A stretch of 32,000 nt of DNA from Promethearchaeota archaeon (GTDB lineage Archaea > Asgardarchaeota > Lokiarchaeia > Sigyniarchaeales > SOKP01), in the NCBI GenBank assembly GCA_030606485.1, contig JAUWGH010000003.1, positions 180,001 to 212,000 of the forward strand, in the 5' to 3' direction. Position 1 is the first letter of the stretch; every line of letters begins with the position of its first letter. The notes below the pieces were generated by a model. It searched no databases. It saw only the letters and a program-made list of their open reading frames with translations, and was not told where the DNA came from. Positions 1 through 9,878 of the stretch are shown here, piece by piece. Made by a program: the position numbers and the translations under genes.

Positions 1-39
1 AGGGCATTTAACTTTAATTTTTTTGTACTGTACAGACAT
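1..39 (-). CDS. Partial CDS running off the window start (MSVQYKKIKVKCP...), possible small Cys/Zn-binding protein
   Basis: ATG at 39 on the minus strand opens 13 sense codons to the window edge, ending in KVKCP, which could be the first half of a CxxC motif; divergent from the 230 gene across an AT-rich spacer. Too short to assign. Confidence 0.4.
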   Translation of the reverse strand, partial: MSVQYKKIKVKCP

Positions 40-229
40 GATTTAGGATTTGTATTTTAAAATAAAATACAATGTATATTAAATTAATAGAATAAATATT
101 TTTTTATTGATTTTGAAATAAAACTAGTATTATTTCGAATATGAATTTAATCATGAGTATATTTTACTTAATAATTAAAAAGTTAATACATATATAATTA
201 TTATTTTAGATTAAAATAGAGGTTAAAAA

Positions 230-1132
230 TTGAGGTTTGGAATCCAACCAGTTAGTGTTGATAGTGTTATTGGACAAATAAAAGATTCACGAAATATTAC
301 AAATTCTTTAAAACTTAATTTCACTAAGATTGTTCTAGATGCAGTCAAACGTGGTTATAGACATATTGAAATTAGTCTTGATATGCATTACGTGCTGCCT
401 GAAGGATTTCAGAAAAAAGATATAGAAAATTTATTAAAAATCAAAGAAGAGCATAATATAACTTATTCAGTGCATCTTCCTCTTTGGTCGATTGAACTGA
501 GTAGTCCAAATCGTTATATTAGAAAAGGATCTACTGATTGTTTGATAAATGCAGTAAAGATAGTAGAACCTTTAGACCCGGAAGTATATGTTTTACATGC
601 AACTGGGGCATTAGCAGCAGAATTTTCACGTATAGAAATACCTGAACAATATAAAAAAATTGTAATGAACATATTCACAGATAATGGAGTGAGTGCAATA
701 AATCGTATGATTAAAGAAACAAATTTAGATCCAAATAAACTTGCCCTCGAAACGATTGAATTCCCTCTTGAAAATACACTTGACCAAATCAAGAAGGTTA
801 AAGGTGCAAAATTATGTATTGATACGGGACATGTTTTGGCGAAATATCCTGGTGATTACGACTTATTTGAACTCACTAAAAAATATATAGATATTACGAG
901 CGAATTTCATTTGCATGATGGATATAATTTTCCTAACAGAATAAAAGGAAAAAAAATAGAAGACCATATTGCTTTGGGTGAAGGACAATTACCAATAAAA
1001 TTTTTGAAATTATTATATGAAAAGAATTTTCGAGGACCTATTGTTTTTGAGTTAAATTTTGATCAAGCAAAAAAATCTTTAGAATTTATAAGAAAACACG
1101 TCCCAGAAATAGAAATTGATCTAAATGATTAA
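230..1132 (+). CDS. Sugar phosphate isomerase/epimerase / AP endonuclease 2 family TIM-barrel metalloenzyme (CbiR-like phosphodiesterase is one possibility)
   Basis: Metal-ligand pattern SVHLP, VLHAT, ALETI, CIDTGH, FHLHDG, EDHIALG, VFEL; TTG start preceded by GAGG. Confidence 0.75.
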   Translation: MRFGIQPVSVDSVIGQIKDSRNITNSLKLNFTKIVLDAVKRGYRHIEISLDMHYVLPEGFQKKDIENLLKIKEEHNITYSVHLPLWSIELSSPNRYIRKGSTDCLINAVKIVEPLDPEVYVLHATGALAAEFSRIEIPEQYKKIVMNIFTDNGVSAINRMIKETNLDPNKLALETIEFPLENTLDQIKKVKGAKLCIDTGHVLAKYPGDYDLFELTKKYIDITSEFHLHDGYNFPNRIKGKKIEDHIALGEGQLPIKFLKLLYEKNFRGPIVFELNFDQAKKSLEFIRKHVPEIEIDLND

Positions 1133-1360
1133 GAAAAAGAGAATCATTTATTTTAGAAACCTTAAATTTTAAACGTAACGACATATTAATAAAGAAATTT
1201 TTTCTACATTGCCATTTATCATTCTACTATATTTTAGTCTGGAGATATATATCCATTCCATTAATCTTAATAAATAAAGAAAATAATAATAATAAAATCA
1301 TAATAGAGAAATAATAATAAAAATAGAAATCAATACAAAAAAATAAGGTAATTTTTTTAT

Positions 1361-2479
1361 ATGACTATTGAAAATTCTGCTATATATCGAGAATTGCAAA
1401 AACATCTCGATAAAATGCCAATTGGATTTCCACAAACTAAATCTGGTGTGGAATTGCGTGTTTTGAGACACTTTTTTACTCCAGAAGAAGCAGAAATCGC
1501 TATAATGTTGAATTTCATGCCAGAGTCATTGAAGGTTATCTATAGACGTGCAAAAAAGAAGGGGATAACTATTGAGGAATTAGGAAGGATCTTGGATCAG
1601 ATGGTTCAGAAAGGATCAACAAACTTCGGAAAGAAAGTTGATGAAAAGGGAGAGGAAAAATTTTACTCCAATGCACTTTTAGTGGTCGGTATGTTCGAGA
1701 ACCAACTAAATAATCTAACTAAAGAATTTATTGAAGACTTTGAGCAGTACATGGATGAGGAATTTCTTAGAGAATTGAATAAAACACATATTCCCCAATT
1801 ACGCACAATCCCCATTGAACAAAGCATTACACCAGAGCATCATGTTGCAACATATGATGATATAAGAACAATTATTGAAAACGTAGGTGAGCCAATTTCT
1901 GTGGCTATCTGTATTTGTAAACAAGCAAAAGACCTCCTTGGGCAACCTTGTAGTCAAACCGACATGCGTGAAGTCTGTTTCCAATTCCGGACGGTAGCTA
2001 AGATTTTCATGGAGAAGGGGTTAGCACGTGAAGTGACTAAGGATGAAGCCCTTGAAATTTTAGGGAGGGCTGAGGAAGAGGGGTTGGTCCTCCAACCTGG
2101 GAATTCCCAGCGACCTAGTTATCTCTGTTGCTGTTGTGGTTGTTGCTGTGAGATTTTATCAAACCAGAAGAAACTTGAAAAATCAATAGAATTTTTCTCG
2201 ACTAATTATTACGCTGAAGTGAATCCTGAATTATGTACGGGGTGTGAGACATGTTTGGAACGCTGTCAAATGGATGCTTTGACCATTATTGACGATATTT
2301 CTACTGTAAACCTAGATAGTTGTATTGGCTGTGGACTTTGTATCCTTACTTGCCCGTCAGAGGCAATAACGCTTAAAAAAAAAGAGAAAGAGAGAGTTCC
2401 TCCGAAAAGGACGGCTGAAACCTACATGGAAATAATGAACAAGAAAGCGAAAATAGCCAGAGAGGAAAAGAATAGATAA
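1361..2479 (+). CDS. 4Fe-4S dicluster-domain protein with N-terminal HTH-like region and Cys-rich central motif
   Basis: C-terminal CTGCETCLERC and CIGCGLCILTCP ferredoxin motifs; central CICKQ and LCCCCGCCC; N-terminus of the type YRELQKHLD-PIGFP-T-SG-E-R-L. Confidence 0.85.
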   Translation: MTIENSAIYRELQKHLDKMPIGFPQTKSGVELRVLRHFFTPEEAEIAIMLNFMPESLKVIYRRAKKKGITIEELGRILDQMVQKGSTNFGKKVDEKGEEKFYSNALLVVGMFENQLNNLTKEFIEDFEQYMDEEFLRELNKTHIPQLRTIPIEQSITPEHHVATYDDIRTIIENVGEPISVAICICKQAKDLLGQPCSQTDMREVCFQFRTVAKIFMEKGLAREVTKDEALEILGRAEEEGLVLQPGNSQRPSYLCCCCGCCCEILSNQKKLEKSIEFFSTNYYAEVNPELCTGCETCLERCQMDALTIIDDISTVNLDSCIGCGLCILTCPSEAITLKKKEKERVPPKRTAETYMEIMNKKAKIAREEKNR

Positions 2480-2626
2480 AATTTTTCTTTTTTATTTATT
2501 TTATCTATGGGACAGGTAAATTCTTAGACTCAATTCTTAACCTTCTAATTGTTTATAAAAATTTGGTAATTTCTATAAAATTCCAAAATTTATTCCAATC
2601 CTCAATCTTTCCTTTTTTAGAAAGAC

Positions 2627-2861
2627 CAGCCTTAAGGTTATCAGGCTGTGCGCTCGTCGCCGAGTTCAAGACATACTTCATTTGTAACACTTTTTTCATT
2701 ACTTCGGAAGTCTTGAAGGAAGTTATCCCACAATGTTTGAAGAAGTCTTAGAATTGCAACCATTTGCGGTAGGGACTGCCCTTTTTCAATCGAGGCTCTA
2801 TAATATCCTCGACTTGTGAGAGCAACCGCTTGCAAATGGGCGGAAATTCTTCCTTGCAATT
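2627..2861. ncRNA. Candidate structured non-coding element (strand unknown)
   Basis: GC-enriched island in very AT-rich intergenic DNA with eight mutually compatible inverted-repeat stems found by eye; no known RNA family recognised. Confidence 0.3.
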
Positions 2862-3127
2862 TAAAACTCTCCTAACAATCTAAATAAAAAAATTAGAAAA
2901 TTTAAATCTACTGAGTGCGATGGATTTTTAATTTCAGATTTACATAAATACGGGAAGGAAACTATCTCTTTTTTTGATTTTTATAAGATTTTATAAATTT
3001 TTATAAATTTTTGATAAACAGTTAAAATAATAAAACACAATGTTCCGATTATTATTTTTTTTTAATATTTTTAGATTTTTCTCTAAAAATTCAAACTTTT
3101 TTATAAGAAAAGAATTAAGATGTTATT

Positions 3128-4636
3128 ATGCGTGGTTCAAAATCAAGATTAAAAGGTATATATTCCATATTATTATTTTTACCATTAATTATATTTTTAA
3201 ATACGGATATTGGTATTTTTATAACAAATCAAGTTTTAATTGCCGCAGAATTTGACTTAGGCGCAAAATTTGTAATTCTTGGATTAATTGCGGGATTATA
3301 TTACATAGTTCTTGCGGTTTTTACATTAATTGCTGGTTATTTTTCAGATATATTTAAGCGAAAATGGCTTTTAATTATTGCAGGTGGAATTTGGGCAGTT
3401 TCAGAAATTTTTACAGCCTTTTCAATCAATATTATTATGTTGAGTATTCTAAGAATAACTGCTGCAATTGGAATTGGAGCAGCAAGCCCAATTTCGATAA
3501 GTCTATTGGCAGATATATTTTCTTCCGAGAAGAGAGGGACTTCATTTGCTTGGTGGAGCCTTGCAACAACTTTAGGGGGACTTCTTGGGGGTGTCTTTTC
3601 ATTAGTAGTTAATGTTATTCCGTATGATTTCCCCGAAAATTGGTCTTTAGTGCAAAAAATCAGTTTTATTAAGTTGAATTACCCAGTAGAAATGACCTAT
3701 TGGCGATTACCTTTTTTATGGGCAGGATTGATTGGGTTTTGCTTAGTGTTTCTTTGTTTTTTAATTAAAGAACCGAAAAGAGCCAGTAAAGAAAGTATAT
3801 TAAAAGAGATATTATCAGACGAGAAAATTGATTATTCTCGCTCTTATCGAATAAAGATAAATGATTTGAAAAAAATTTTTACTAAACGTTCTAATTTCTG
3901 GTTGATTATAAATTTTGTAGATACGATTTTATATGGATTTTTATTAACATTTATCATAACATACATAACGATTGAGGTTGGATTTTCTCTAACAGATATT
4001 ACTTCAATTGTAATGTTATTAGTTTTTCTTTTACCAATCATAATTTCAATGTTTGCTGGACAGTTTTATTTTGCTAGATTAGGTGATAAAAAAGTATCTA
4101 AGGGAGATCCGGCAGGTCGAGTTAAAGTTGCTATTATATGTGGTTTGGCTCATATTCCATTTTTAATCTTTGGCTTTTTATTTTTTCCTAATGTATCGCA
4201 TTTAACTTTTTTTAAGGGTGCTCTAGATCTATCTAATTTGCTGCCACTATTTTTGATAATACTCATAATAATGAGTCTAATAATTGGAGTAGGCATGTTT
4301 TTCGAATTTGGAATAGGTCCCTGTTGGTTTTCCAGTATGGTGGATGTAAATTTACCGGAACATCGAGGTACTGCATATGCTATGGCAGCTATGATGGATG
4401 CAATTGGAAGGGCTTTAGGACCAATAATAGGCGGGTTATTGGTTGACCATTACACAAGTATTGGAGATATCTATCCTTTCGGCACGACTATAGTAATTTC
4501 TATATTATCTTTTGGTATAATTTCGGGGCTCTTATGGATTCCCATCTATAAATATTGCAACCGAGATTTTGCTGAAATTGGAGCAATATTAGAACAGAGG
4601 GCTGAAGAACTTAAAAAACAATTAGTTACAAAGTAA
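3128..4636 (+). CDS. Major facilitator superfamily transporter
   Basis: About 12 hydrophobic segments; MFS motif-A-like GYFSDIFKRK; RITAAIGIG, ADIFSSEKRG and NLPEHRGTA motifs. Confidence 0.9.
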   Translation: MRGSKSRLKGIYSILLFLPLIIFLNTDIGIFITNQVLIAAEFDLGAKFVILGLIAGLYYIVLAVFTLIAGYFSDIFKRKWLLIIAGGIWAVSEIFTAFSINIIMLSILRITAAIGIGAASPISISLLADIFSSEKRGTSFAWWSLATTLGGLLGGVFSLVVNVIPYDFPENWSLVQKISFIKLNYPVEMTYWRLPFLWAGLIGFCLVFLCFLIKEPKRASKESILKEILSDEKIDYSRSYRIKINDLKKIFTKRSNFWLIINFVDTILYGFLLTFIITYITIEVGFSLTDITSIVMLLVFLLPIIISMFAGQFYFARLGDKKVSKGDPAGRVKVAIICGLAHIPFLIFGFLFFPNVSHLTFFKGALDLSNLLPLFLIILIIMSLIIGVGMFFEFGIGPCWFSSMVDVNLPEHRGTAYAMAAMMDAIGRALGPIIGGLLVDHYTSIGDIYPFGTTIVISILSFGIISGLLWIPIYKYCNRDFAEIGAILEQRAEELKKQLVTK

Positions 4637-4764
4637 AAATCTTTGAATTTTTTGATAAAATTGAGTAATATCTTAAACCAAAACTCCCAAGATATCGATA
4701 ATTTCCAAAATTAATAATTATAACACGGAATAATAATAAAACCATAAAATTTAGTTATATATTA

Positions 4765-5574
4765 TCAAGTTTCTTTCGAAAAAAAAAATTTATAACAAGT
4801 ACAACATGGAATTCCAATTTTTATTTCATTTTGAAGAATATTGTCAATTTTTTTAGATTTTTTAATTAGAGCAAACAAACTTTCCCTTAATTTTATTAGA
4901 TCAGGGTTTTTACTAAAATAAAACTTTTTTAAATATGAAATATGATTTTCTCTCTTACAAATTGGGCAAATTAAAAATAAATTTAAAAACTTTTTATAAA
5001 ATCCTTTTTTTAAACCTCTTAATCTTTTCTCTAACTTAATAAAACTTGATTCTGAACCAAGGTTTTTAAGAATTTTACTTGCTAATTGGGTTAGTATAAT
5101 TTTTTTTTTGATTCCAATATGAGAGGATAATAGAAAAAAATCTTCAATTTGGTTGTTTTCAACAAAATGATTGATTTTATCATAAAGTTCTTCATAGTTT
5201 ATATCAGATTTATACCCTACTAAAAAGATTGGAATGTTATCGGTATTCTTTTTAATAATTCTTATCCAATAATACAAATTATTGAATAAATCATCTTCTG
5301 AAGCATCAAAAAATAATAAGCACCCTTTAGCACCTCTGAAAAAGTTGGGGTATATTGAACGAAATCTATCGCTACCATTTATATCCCAAATAGTCATTTT
5401 TAAAATATCTTCGTGATCATTTGAACATTTTACAACATTAATTGAAACACCTATAGTTAAAGAAGAGGTGTTATCAAAAGAATTTGAATATGGATCAATA
5501 CTATTAAAAAAATCAAATTTACCAGAATTATATGATCCAACTGCTATAACTTTAGAAATATATAATCCTGGCAT
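4765..5574 (-). CDS. Rab-like small GTPase with degenerate G motifs, fused to a C-terminal Cys4 (CPIC...CCTC) domain
   Basis: G1 GSYNSGKF, G2 TIGVSI, G3 IWDINGSDRFRSI, FFRGAKGCLLFFD (RabF-like), G4 GYKSD. Confidence 0.8.
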   Translation of the reverse strand: MPGLYISKVIAVGSYNSGKFDFFNSIDPYSNSFDNTSSLTIGVSINVVKCSNDHEDILKMTIWDINGSDRFRSIYPNFFRGAKGCLLFFDASEDDLFNNLYYWIRIIKKNTDNIPIFLVGYKSDINYEELYDKINHFVENNQIEDFFLLSSHIGIKKKIILTQLASKILKNLGSESSFIKLEKRLRGLKKGFYKKFLNLFLICPICKRENHISYLKKFYFSKNPDLIKLRESLFALIKKSKKIDNILQNEIKIGIPCCTCYKFFFSKET

Positions 5575-5828
5575 GTTATATCCACACGAATTAACTTAAA
5601 ACATTTATAATACTTAATCCCAATCAAATTAATAAAAATTTGGTAATATATATTTTCAGATTTTTCAATATTTTTGATTCGAATTAAAAATAACAAATTA
5701 TTAGTTAATTTTTCAACTTTTTTATTAGACAATTAAATTAAATTATAAAGAGCTCTCTGATAAGAAGGACAAATATATAAGAAAAAATATAATTATTTTA
5801 TTGAATTGGATTTAGATATAATTAGAGA

Positions 5829-7139
5829 TTAATAGAATTCTTCTTTTGGAGGTTTAGGTTTAAAAAATCTACGTGATTCAGCATCTCCCATCACATAATT
5901 GGACCCCCCACCGTGTATCATACAGTAGGGATCAAGTAAGCCTATAGGAGCACTATAATGTCTTGTAAAACCACGTCCACCCATTGTTCGAAAACAATGA
6001 ATAGAAGATTCAAAGGCTAATTCTGAAGCGGAAACCTTTAAGCCCATCGTTTGTTGAGCCATCTGTTTAGAGGTTCCTAATTGTGGATTCTGATCCAAAT
6101 TCCTGGCATGATTAATTATTGCTGCGATTAATGGATTTAACTCACGAACGCTTTTAGATATTGGAAATCTCATAATTTGATATTGATGGAGTAATTTTTT
6201 GAACTGTTTGCGTTGCAATGCAAAAGAATATGAATAAAGCAATTTTTTCATAGCATCACCGAGTGCTTCAGCACTTATAATTAATCTTTCTTCAGTTAAT
6301 TGATGAAATGCAATACCTAATCCACTTCCTTGGAGTAAATTCTTTTTAGGTATCCTAACTTCATCGAATATTAGACAGCTAACAAAAGCGTCCTCCATAC
6401 CGAATGTATTTACTCTACTAGCTTTAAAATTTTGTAGTTGCTGTTTTTCAGTATCAACAATAATTGCACCAATTTGTCCCTCATTTATTCTACCGTATAA
6501 TATTAGATAATCACAAATCATACCGTTTGTTATAAAGAGTTTTTTTCCTTTTGCAATGACTTCATCTCCATTTATTTGAAGATTTAATTCCATTCTTACA
6601 ATATCACTGCCAGCATTAAATTCAGTCATTCCGGAGGCGGCAACCGCCCCATCTCTTGCAACAGGAACTAAGAACCTTTCTCTTTGATATTCATTCGCTT
6701 TATAAGCCACAGGATTGCAAAATAAGGTCCCGCCAGATAGACGGCCCATCTCTACGCTCCAATTACCCGCTATATATTCCTCTCTTGTATCTGACCATCC
6801 TCCCCCAGATAAACCATAAGCAATAAGGACGTTTCTCATTATTCTCCCAACTTTATGTTTTTCCGGATTGAGAATGGTACTATAATATTCTTTTTTTGCC
6901 AACTTTTTAATTATTTTAACTATAAGATCTTTTTTTTTATCCTGAGTTGGTTCTTCCACAAAATAATTTAATTCTTCTAAAGCTTTTAAGTCTGTGTAGA
7001 GTTCTTTTTCTAAAAAATCATAAAATTTGGCTAGAAATTCCTTTTCTTGAGAATTTAAGAGTGAACTGTTCAATAAGTCCAATTCTGGAACATATTTTTG
7101 TATTTGAATTTCTTCAAATTCTTTTAATCTTGTATCCAT
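5829..7139 (-). CDS. Acyl-CoA dehydrogenase family protein
   Basis: MTEFNAGSD, GKKLFITNG, helix-G EERL, ALQRKQFKKLL..YQ, FRTMGGRGF. Confidence 0.9.
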   Translation of the reverse strand: MDTRLKEFEEIQIQKYVPELDLLNSSLLNSQEKEFLAKFYDFLEKELYTDLKALEELNYFVEEPTQDKKKDLIVKIIKKLAKKEYYSTILNPEKHKVGRIMRNVLIAYGLSGGGWSDTREEYIAGNWSVEMGRLSGGTLFCNPVAYKANEYQRERFLVPVARDGAVAASGMTEFNAGSDIVRMELNLQINGDEVIAKGKKLFITNGMICDYLILYGRINEGQIGAIIVDTEKQQLQNFKASRVNTFGMEDAFVSCLIFDEVRIPKKNLLQGSGLGIAFHQLTEERLIISAEALGDAMKKLLYSYSFALQRKQFKKLLHQYQIMRFPISKSVRELNPLIAAIINHARNLDQNPQLGTSKQMAQQTMGLKVSASELAFESSIHCFRTMGGRGFTRHYSAPIGLLDPYCMIHGGGSNYVMGDAESRRFFKPKPPKEEFY

Positions 7140-7276
7140 AATGATTTACACTTTTTTCTATTACTTATAAATAAATAAGGTTGATTTTAAGATAACAATA
7201 TATAAAACATATATAAAAATTAAAATTTAATTCTAAAAAGAAAAGTTGAATAAAAAAAAGAAGAATAAATTTTTTA

Positions 7277-9673
7277 TTATAGTGAACACTCTGTTCGAGC
7301 AATAATATCGTCTTGTGCATTTTGCGATAATTCAGTAAACAGAACAGAATAACCTGCAATTCTTACAACCAAACCTCTATATTCATCTGGATTTTTTTGA
7401 GCATCAAGAAGAATTTCTTTACCAACAATATTGAATTGTACCTGGAAACCACCATCAGGTCCAAAAAATGTTCGAATCAGAGCAGGAAATAATTCTAGTT
7501 TTAATGTATTTGGATGAAATGCCAAAATAAGCGAATTTCCGTTAGTCATTAAATGATTCTGAAGTTTGCCGACCGAGTTAAGAATAGCTGTGGGGCCATT
7601 TTTATCCATGCCATTTGAAGGACAGAGACTAGCTGAAAGGAAATCCCTTGATTTTCTTCCATTAGCAGAAGCACCTGTAAAGAAACCAAAAGCTAAATGA
7701 AATGATGTTGAGTAGAAACCAGGATTAAATTTTCCACCTCGATAATTTATATGCTTTGTAATTTCATCACAATATACTTTTACCACATCCATAGCAATTT
7801 GATCAACATAATCATCATCATTACCAAATTTAGGAACTTTATTAATAAATAACTGCCTCCATTCTGTTCCTTTTTTCCCTTGGTATATTCCTCTGTAGTT
7901 TTTTCTAAGCATTTCCACTAAATCTTCGAACGGGAGAATCTTTTCTTCAAAAACAAATTTCTTAATTACTGCAAGACTATCTACTACCGTAGCAAAGCCA
8001 ACTAATTGTGGTCCAGTAAAGTCATATACTGCACCACCATTTGTTATATCAAGTCCTCGTTCAATACAATCATCTATAGTTGCAGATAGAAATGGCTGAG
8101 GATTAAGTTCGGAAATTGCTTTATCAAGGGCATTCATAGTTGAAACCATATAGTTAATAAAATATGTCATTTGATTAACAAAGGCATCCCAAAGATCATC
8201 ATAACTGGCAATTTTCTTATCATTTTTATATCCATATTCCCTTCTAGTAAACATATCAATTCCATTTGTTAATGCTAATTCTAAACATTTAACGATATTA
8301 ATTTGGTTTGCGTTGGTTGACCCAAATGATTTATGTGGATGCTGCGGTTCAACACAGCCGATTGGTGCATATTCACGAGCATCTTCAAGTGTAAAACCAA
8401 GATTTACAAGTCCTTTTATCATCACTTGATCATTAAATAAAGCAATACTTGCACCTGATTTTATGGATTCTCCAACTTTAAAAAGAAAATCTTCTGGTGT
8501 CTCTTTATGAATTCGAACGGAAAAAGTTGGTTGAACAGTTTTTAAATTAGTATATGCATCTAAAAAGAGGTATGATAATTCATTTGTTGCATCGTTTCCC
8601 TCACGGTCAACTCCTCCTATCGTTAAATTTTCTGCTATCGGGGGCCCTTCTGAAGCAACAATCCCTTTACTTAGAAGATAATTCCACAATGTTGTTAATT
8701 TTATAAAAAATAATTCAATTAGAAATTGTACTTCTTCGTTTGAAATTTTTCCTTCATTTTTGTCTTTTAAATAATATGGGTATAAATATTGATCTAATCG
8801 CCCAATACTTATTGCAAAGCCACCATCTTCTAAACCAGATATTAAATGAGTAAAATGAATAAGTTGAAGAGCCTCTTTAAAAGACTTTGGTGGATTTTCA
8901 GAAATATTGTGACAAATTTCAGAAATTTCAAGAAGTTCTTCTTGACGTTTAGGATTTAATTCATTTTTCGCTAAATCTTTAGCCAAATTTGAAAATCTTT
9001 GAATGAAAGATTTTACTGCATTACAAACAATTGTAACAGACTGTAAAAAAATTCTTTTTTTGATATTTTCTGGAGTCGAACCATAAAAAATCTTCATTTT
9101 TTCCTCAGCTTTTTGAATTAGACCATTTATTCCATATTTTAAAACATTTTCATGTCCAGGAAAAAAATGACCAACACCATTAGAAAGTTCGGCATCAACA
9201 ACAAAAACAATTTTTTCCATCATATCTATTTCATCGGAATTTAAATAAGTCAAAAATCTTGCCCGAACAGTTTGTTCTTCATTTTTCCAATAAGGAATTA
9301 TCACTTCCTTTAGCATTTTTCTCTCTTCATCCGATATGATAAGTGGTTGTACAGGGCGACTCTCATAAGTATCACAATCTTGTTCAATTGTATCAACTCG
9401 AATTTCGGGATATAACGGAGTTCCTACAAATTTAGTCGTTCGGTTACCGACTATAAATTCATTATCCCAAATTATTATAGTCATATTAGATAAATAATAT
9501 TCCATAGCTTTTGCGAATCGAATTATTGGATTTTCTCCTTTTGTTTTTTTAAATGATTCCGTGATTAATTTGGCTCTTTCCATACAAATTTCTTTAGGCT
9601 GCTTCACAACTTTTTTTTTCATTTCTAGAGTTCTTTGTTTATAATTTAAATGGGAAACTTGCTCTAACTGCAA
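7277..9673 (-). CDS. Glycyl radical enzyme (PFL-like family), eliminase/dehydratase-type active-site loop
   Basis: Glycyl radical motif LVVRIAGYS at the C-terminus; Cys loop IGCVEPQ; typical N-terminus RTLEMKKK..PKEICMERAKLITES supports the TTG start at 9673. Confidence 0.92.
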   Translation of the reverse strand: MQLEQVSHLNYKQRTLEMKKKVVKQPKEICMERAKLITESFKKTKGENPIIRFAKAMEYYLSNMTIIIWDNEFIVGNRTTKFVGTPLYPEIRVDTIEQDCDTYESRPVQPLIISDEERKMLKEVIIPYWKNEEQTVRARFLTYLNSDEIDMMEKIVFVVDAELSNGVGHFFPGHENVLKYGINGLIQKAEEKMKIFYGSTPENIKKRIFLQSVTIVCNAVKSFIQRFSNLAKDLAKNELNPKRQEELLEISEICHNISENPPKSFKEALQLIHFTHLISGLEDGGFAISIGRLDQYLYPYYLKDKNEGKISNEEVQFLIELFFIKLTTLWNYLLSKGIVASEGPPIAENLTIGGVDREGNDATNELSYLFLDAYTNLKTVQPTFSVRIHKETPEDFLFKVGESIKSGASIALFNDQVMIKGLVNLGFTLEDAREYAPIGCVEPQHPHKSFGSTNANQINIVKCLELALTNGIDMFTRREYGYKNDKKIASYDDLWDAFVNQMTYFINYMVSTMNALDKAISELNPQPFLSATIDDCIERGLDITNGGAVYDFTGPQLVGFATVVDSLAVIKKFVFEEKILPFEDLVEMLRKNYRGIYQGKKGTEWRQLFINKVPKFGNDDDYVDQIAMDVVKVYCDEITKHINYRGGKFNPGFYSTSFHLAFGFFTGASANGRKSRDFLSASLCPSNGMDKNGPTAILNSVGKLQNHLMTNGNSLILAFHPNTLKLELFPALIRTFFGPDGGFQVQFNIVGKEILLDAQKNPDEYRGLVVRIAGYSVLFTELSQNAQDDIIARTECSL

Positions 9674-9878
9674 TTTAAATCACTAAAAGACATCGAATTT
9701 TTATTTTAATTTAATAGATTAAATAAAACTATATATTTAATTGAATAAAAAATTATCGAAGATAAAATGTAATTTGATTCATAAATCAAAAATTGGTTGA
9801 AGATAAAACAGTTTTTCCTTACATAGAAAAAGAAGATTAAATATGAAAATAAAAAAAAAGTATAAAATAGATTTGTAT

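Noticed and set aside
1271-1345. AAT/AATA runs upstream of the 4Fe-4S gene
   Set aside because: Low-complexity spacer DNA typical of this genome.
2123-2148. Seven Cys in eight residues (CCCCGCCC) in the 4Fe-4S protein
   Set aside because: A CxCCGCCC-type motif is normal for this ferredoxin-domain family; not novel.
2563-2859. Short ORFs 2563..2751 (+) and 2641..2859 (-) as real genes
   Set aside because: No recognisable family. The minus-strand ORF has an AGGAG before its TTG, so coding origin is not excluded, but it is too weak to call.
2627-2861. Assignment to cobalamin riboswitch, RNase P, SRP RNA, group I/II intron or SECIS
   Set aside because: Only isolated short resemblances; the required conserved blocks (GGGAA/B12 box, ACAGAA, helix 8, domain V) were not found, and no in-frame TGA selenoprotein is adjacent.
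2981-3018. Tandem 10-nt TTATAAATTT-like repeats upstream of the MFS gene
   Set aside because: Low-complexity AT sequence with no spacers; not a CRISPR array.
5712-5732. LSNKKVE on the minus strand (start of track ORF 5544..5732), 18/21 nt identical to the AACS FSNKKVE segment
   Set aside because: Similarity stops after 7 codons, it is far from the AACS locus, and a match this short is plausible by chance in AT-rich DNA. The 62-aa ORF looks spurious.
7277-9673. Calling the GRE pyruvate formate-lyase or alkyl/benzylsuccinate synthase
   Set aside because: It lacks the PFL CC pair, and the GCVEP loop with Glu does not match fumarate-adding enzymes.
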